From NCBI GenBank assembly GCA_018985225.1, contig JADGIF010000360.1:1-10118 (forward strand): 10,118 nucleotides of DNA, read 5' to 3'. Numbering within the stretch: the stretch's first letter is position 1; every line of letters starts with the position of its first letter. The stretch comes from Amoeboradix gromovi X-113 (lineage: Eukaryota > Fungi > Sanchytriomycota). This document shows positions 8,224 to 10,118 of this stretch, piece after piece. The position numbers were made by a program, and so were the translations under genes. The notes under the pieces were generated by a model. It did no database searches and was not told where the DNA came from. It saw nothing but the letters and a program-made list of their open reading frames with translations.

Positions 8224-9486
8224 ATGAATCTTGTTAATTGCTCATTGGATGAGGTCAACAAACTAGCAGAATGGCACCAAAACGAAGCCAAAATAGCAAA
8301 ACAGTCTATTCCCAAACTGGTAAGTCAGCATTATCAACATTTGTTGTACATAGATACAAAACCTTTGCAATGGCTTCCAATTGATGCCAAATCTGTACCC
8401 CACAAAAAAGATAGTTTTGTTGATTTTATTATCAGTGCGTGCCTGCATGAGCGGCATTGGATTAAGCATTATAAACGCGAGATTCAAAATGAGCTGCTAA
8501 CTAGACTATCGAATTGTCCATTCAACACCACGGTGTCCTTGTATCCTAGTCATCAAACTACAATTGATCTTTTTTTAGCGTTGATGTTCTTAAATAAATG
8601 GTCTCTGGCGGATTGCTGGCTGTATATCGTATCACTTATTAGCATTTTAGAATTGCCAAAGCTACTCAACATCATTAAATGGAGCAGTTATTTTGATGCA
8701 AAAAGCAAGAGCAACTTATACAATCAAGCTTTGAGGTATAAAGAGTTCATTCAAATACCTTTTGCTCAATTTGATTTAGAATTAAAGTTGGACCATTCGT
8801 GGCAACTATCGCCGGAGAAGGACCCAAATGTAGCAATTAGCTTACTCTCCAAAATAAAGAACGAAATCGGTAATATGCCTCTAATACTCAGCAACATAAA
8901 TGATCTGTTAAAGTCCATTCAAACAGAGATTATGAATCTTTTAAAGAATTCTATATTTCAAACTAGTTTATTTGCACCAGATACCACCAATATTCAGAGA
9001 TGGGATCAATTCGCAACTAACTTAGCCTCTATGTTTAAAAACGTAGATTACGATCGCTACAAAGGAGAGCTGAACAAGTCGATTACCGAATGGTCCAGTA
9101 CATTAAAAGAACAGGAATTATTTAAACTTTACTTCTCGCTACCCATTATTAGGGAGTTCATTAGATTTCCAAGTTCTAACTCATTCGAATCTTCAGAAAA
9201 GGAACCCTGGGTTTTTGACTTAGTCGACAATCCTTGTAGGTTTCCATACATTCCAGCACCAATACAGTTGGACGGATTCAAACAATTTGAATTGACAGAA
9301 TTCCAGCAGGATACAGAGTTTCCCATAACAACATATCGTGAATTCGCCCAGGTGCCGGTACTCAAGCAAACAAATCGAAGCCCGCCAACCTCAACCTCGT
9401 TCTCTAAATCAATGAGTATTGAAAGAGTGACTCAGTCCTTCCAGAAACCATCGATATTTAAATACGCAAAGTCAATGTTTGATTAA
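8224..9486 (+). CDS. Probable CATCHR tethering subunit with Vps51-family N-terminus, most like a reduced COG1, 420 aa
   Basis: Open 420-aa ORF. The N-terminus LVNCSLDEVNKLAEWHQNEAKIAKQSIPKLVSQHYQHLL fits the Vps51/COG1 coiled coil ending in V...Y..L. IKHYKREIQNELLTRL...IDLFLALMFLNKWS resembles the recalled COG1 HF...I......L...AL..IMLL segment. Coding status is near certain; the family call is tentative. Confidence 0.5.
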   Translation: MNLVNCSLDEVNKLAEWHQNEAKIAKQSIPKLVSQHYQHLLYIDTKPLQWLPIDAKSVPHKKDSFVDFIISACLHERHWIKHYKREIQNELLTRLSNCPFNTTVSLYPSHQTTIDLFLALMFLNKWSLADCWLYIVSLISILELPKLLNIIKWSSYFDAKSKSNLYNQALRYKEFIQIPFAQFDLELKLDHSWQLSPEKDPNVAISLLSKIKNEIGNMPLILSNINDLLKSIQTEIMNLLKNSIFQTSLFAPDTTNIQRWDQFATNLASMFKNVDYDRYKGELNKSITEWSSTLKEQELFKLYFSLPIIREFIRFPSSNSFESSEKEPWVFDLVDNPCRFPYIPAPIQLDGFKQFELTEFQQDTEFPITTYREFAQVPVLKQTNRSPPTSTSFSKSMSIERVTQSFQKPSIFKYAKSMFD

Positions 9487-9492
9487 ATAAAT

Positions 9493-9675
9493 TTACTTCA
9501 TTCTTATATCTCTATGGCAGTCAACAAGATCTTTGCGTATATTCCAACATTTTAACGAATCTTGTTCCTTGTTTAGGTAGCATAATTCTAGTTGTTTTTT
9601 AAATAAATTACACTGGCTCTTGGCTAAATTCTCTTTCATTTCATATTCATCAACTACCTGCGCAAGTGTAGACAT
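9493..9675 (-). CDS. Small twin-CX9C (CHCH) mitochondrial intermembrane-space protein, MIC19/CHCHD3-like C-terminal domain, 60 aa
   Basis: C-NLFKKQLEL-C-YLNKEQDSLK-C-WNIRKDLVD-C is an exact CX9C-X10-CX9C. The CY....LKC(W) signature recalls Mic19/CHCHD3. Start context is AAATG and the stop abuts the neighbouring gene. Confidence 0.75.
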   Translation of the reverse strand: MSTLAQVVDEYEMKENLAKSQCNLFKKQLELCYLNKEQDSLKCWNIRKDLVDCHRDIRMK

Positions 9676-9700
9676 TTAGAAATCCTTGTTTTAAAGTTTA

Positions 9701-9759
9701 TGGGACAAATTCTACAAAAATGAGACAACTGGGAAAACACTGTAAAACGTAGACTGAAT
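9701..9759 (+). repeat. Two tandem degenerate copies (about 29-nt unit) of the dispersed motif
   Basis: TGGGACAAATTCTACAAAAATGAGACAAC followed by TGGGAAAACACTGTAAAACGTAGACTGAAT. The first keeps the exact TGGGACA-N8-AAAAA spacing. Confidence 0.55.
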
Positions 9760-9984
9760 AACTTACAGAAGGACCGTATTTTACCATCTAGTCATTAGAT
9801 AAAATTACTTGTAGTTCTTTGACAAATGGATCTTTTGCTGCTAGACCCTAGTCAAAGATTTAAAAAAAATAAGCAGTTCTTTATGTCATTGTAAGGTTTT
9901 TATGTACACTCTGTAACGGAACTAGTCTGGAAACCGGATAACTTTAAGTTAACTTGTATAACATAGACCAGGTAAAGAGTATGT

Positions 9985-10026
9985 CTAATTCCAAGTGGGA
10001 CACCAAATATAAAAACTAGACTAACT
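9985..10026 (+). repeat. Dispersed motif copy C (complete)
   Basis: CTAATTCCAAGTGGGACACCAAATATAAAAACTAGACTAACT. It shares 19 identical nt with 1109-1127 and both half-sites with 49-90 (-). Confidence 0.75.
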
Positions 10027-10118
10027 CGTTTTTAAAGGTGTACCATACGGAGGATATGCTATCATTAATAAAAGATCTTCTATTATACCAATTTTCTTTC
10101 ATTACTTTCAATCCCCTC

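Noticed and set aside
8499-8508. AACTAGACTA inside the 420-aa ORF, a partial match to the dispersed motif
   Set aside because: Only 10 nt, without the A5 run or the TGGGACA half-site, so compatible with chance.
7707-9365. Short ORFs 7707-8030 (-), 7916-8173 (+), 8263-8487 (-) and 9129-9365 (-)
   Set aside because: All are nested in better-supported genes on the opposite strand or in another frame and show no protein features.
9701-10026. CRISPR array or prokaryotic defence locus
   Set aside because: The repeats are degenerate and irregularly spaced, there are no cas-like ORFs, and the context is eukaryotic.

Overview
AT-rich, very compact eukaryotic nuclear DNA that looks like an early-diverging fungus or related opisthokont; the organism cannot be identified from sequence alone. 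The standard genetic code applies. A tight five-gene block (1741-9675) encodes SKI3/TTC37 (-), a citrate-synthase-family protein lacking its catalytic histidines (-), an LSM12-like protein with an RGG tail (+), a probable small COG1/Vps51-family subunit (+) and a 60-aa twin-CX9C protein (-). An elongator tRNA-Met gene lies at 974-1046 (-). Three observations stand out. (1) A candidate 20-nt spliceosomal intron (5579-5598) whose removal adds a 39-aa coiled-coil exon missed by the ORF track. (2) The gene it interrupts looks like a citrate-synthase pseudoenzyme fused to a coiled coil. (3) A recurrent bipartite motif, TGGGACA-N8-AAAAACTAGACTA, occurs only in the gene-poor flanks (49-76 inverted, 1109-1127 right half only, 9996-10026, plus degenerate tandem copies at 9701-9759). 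All family assignments come from remembered motifs, not database searches.
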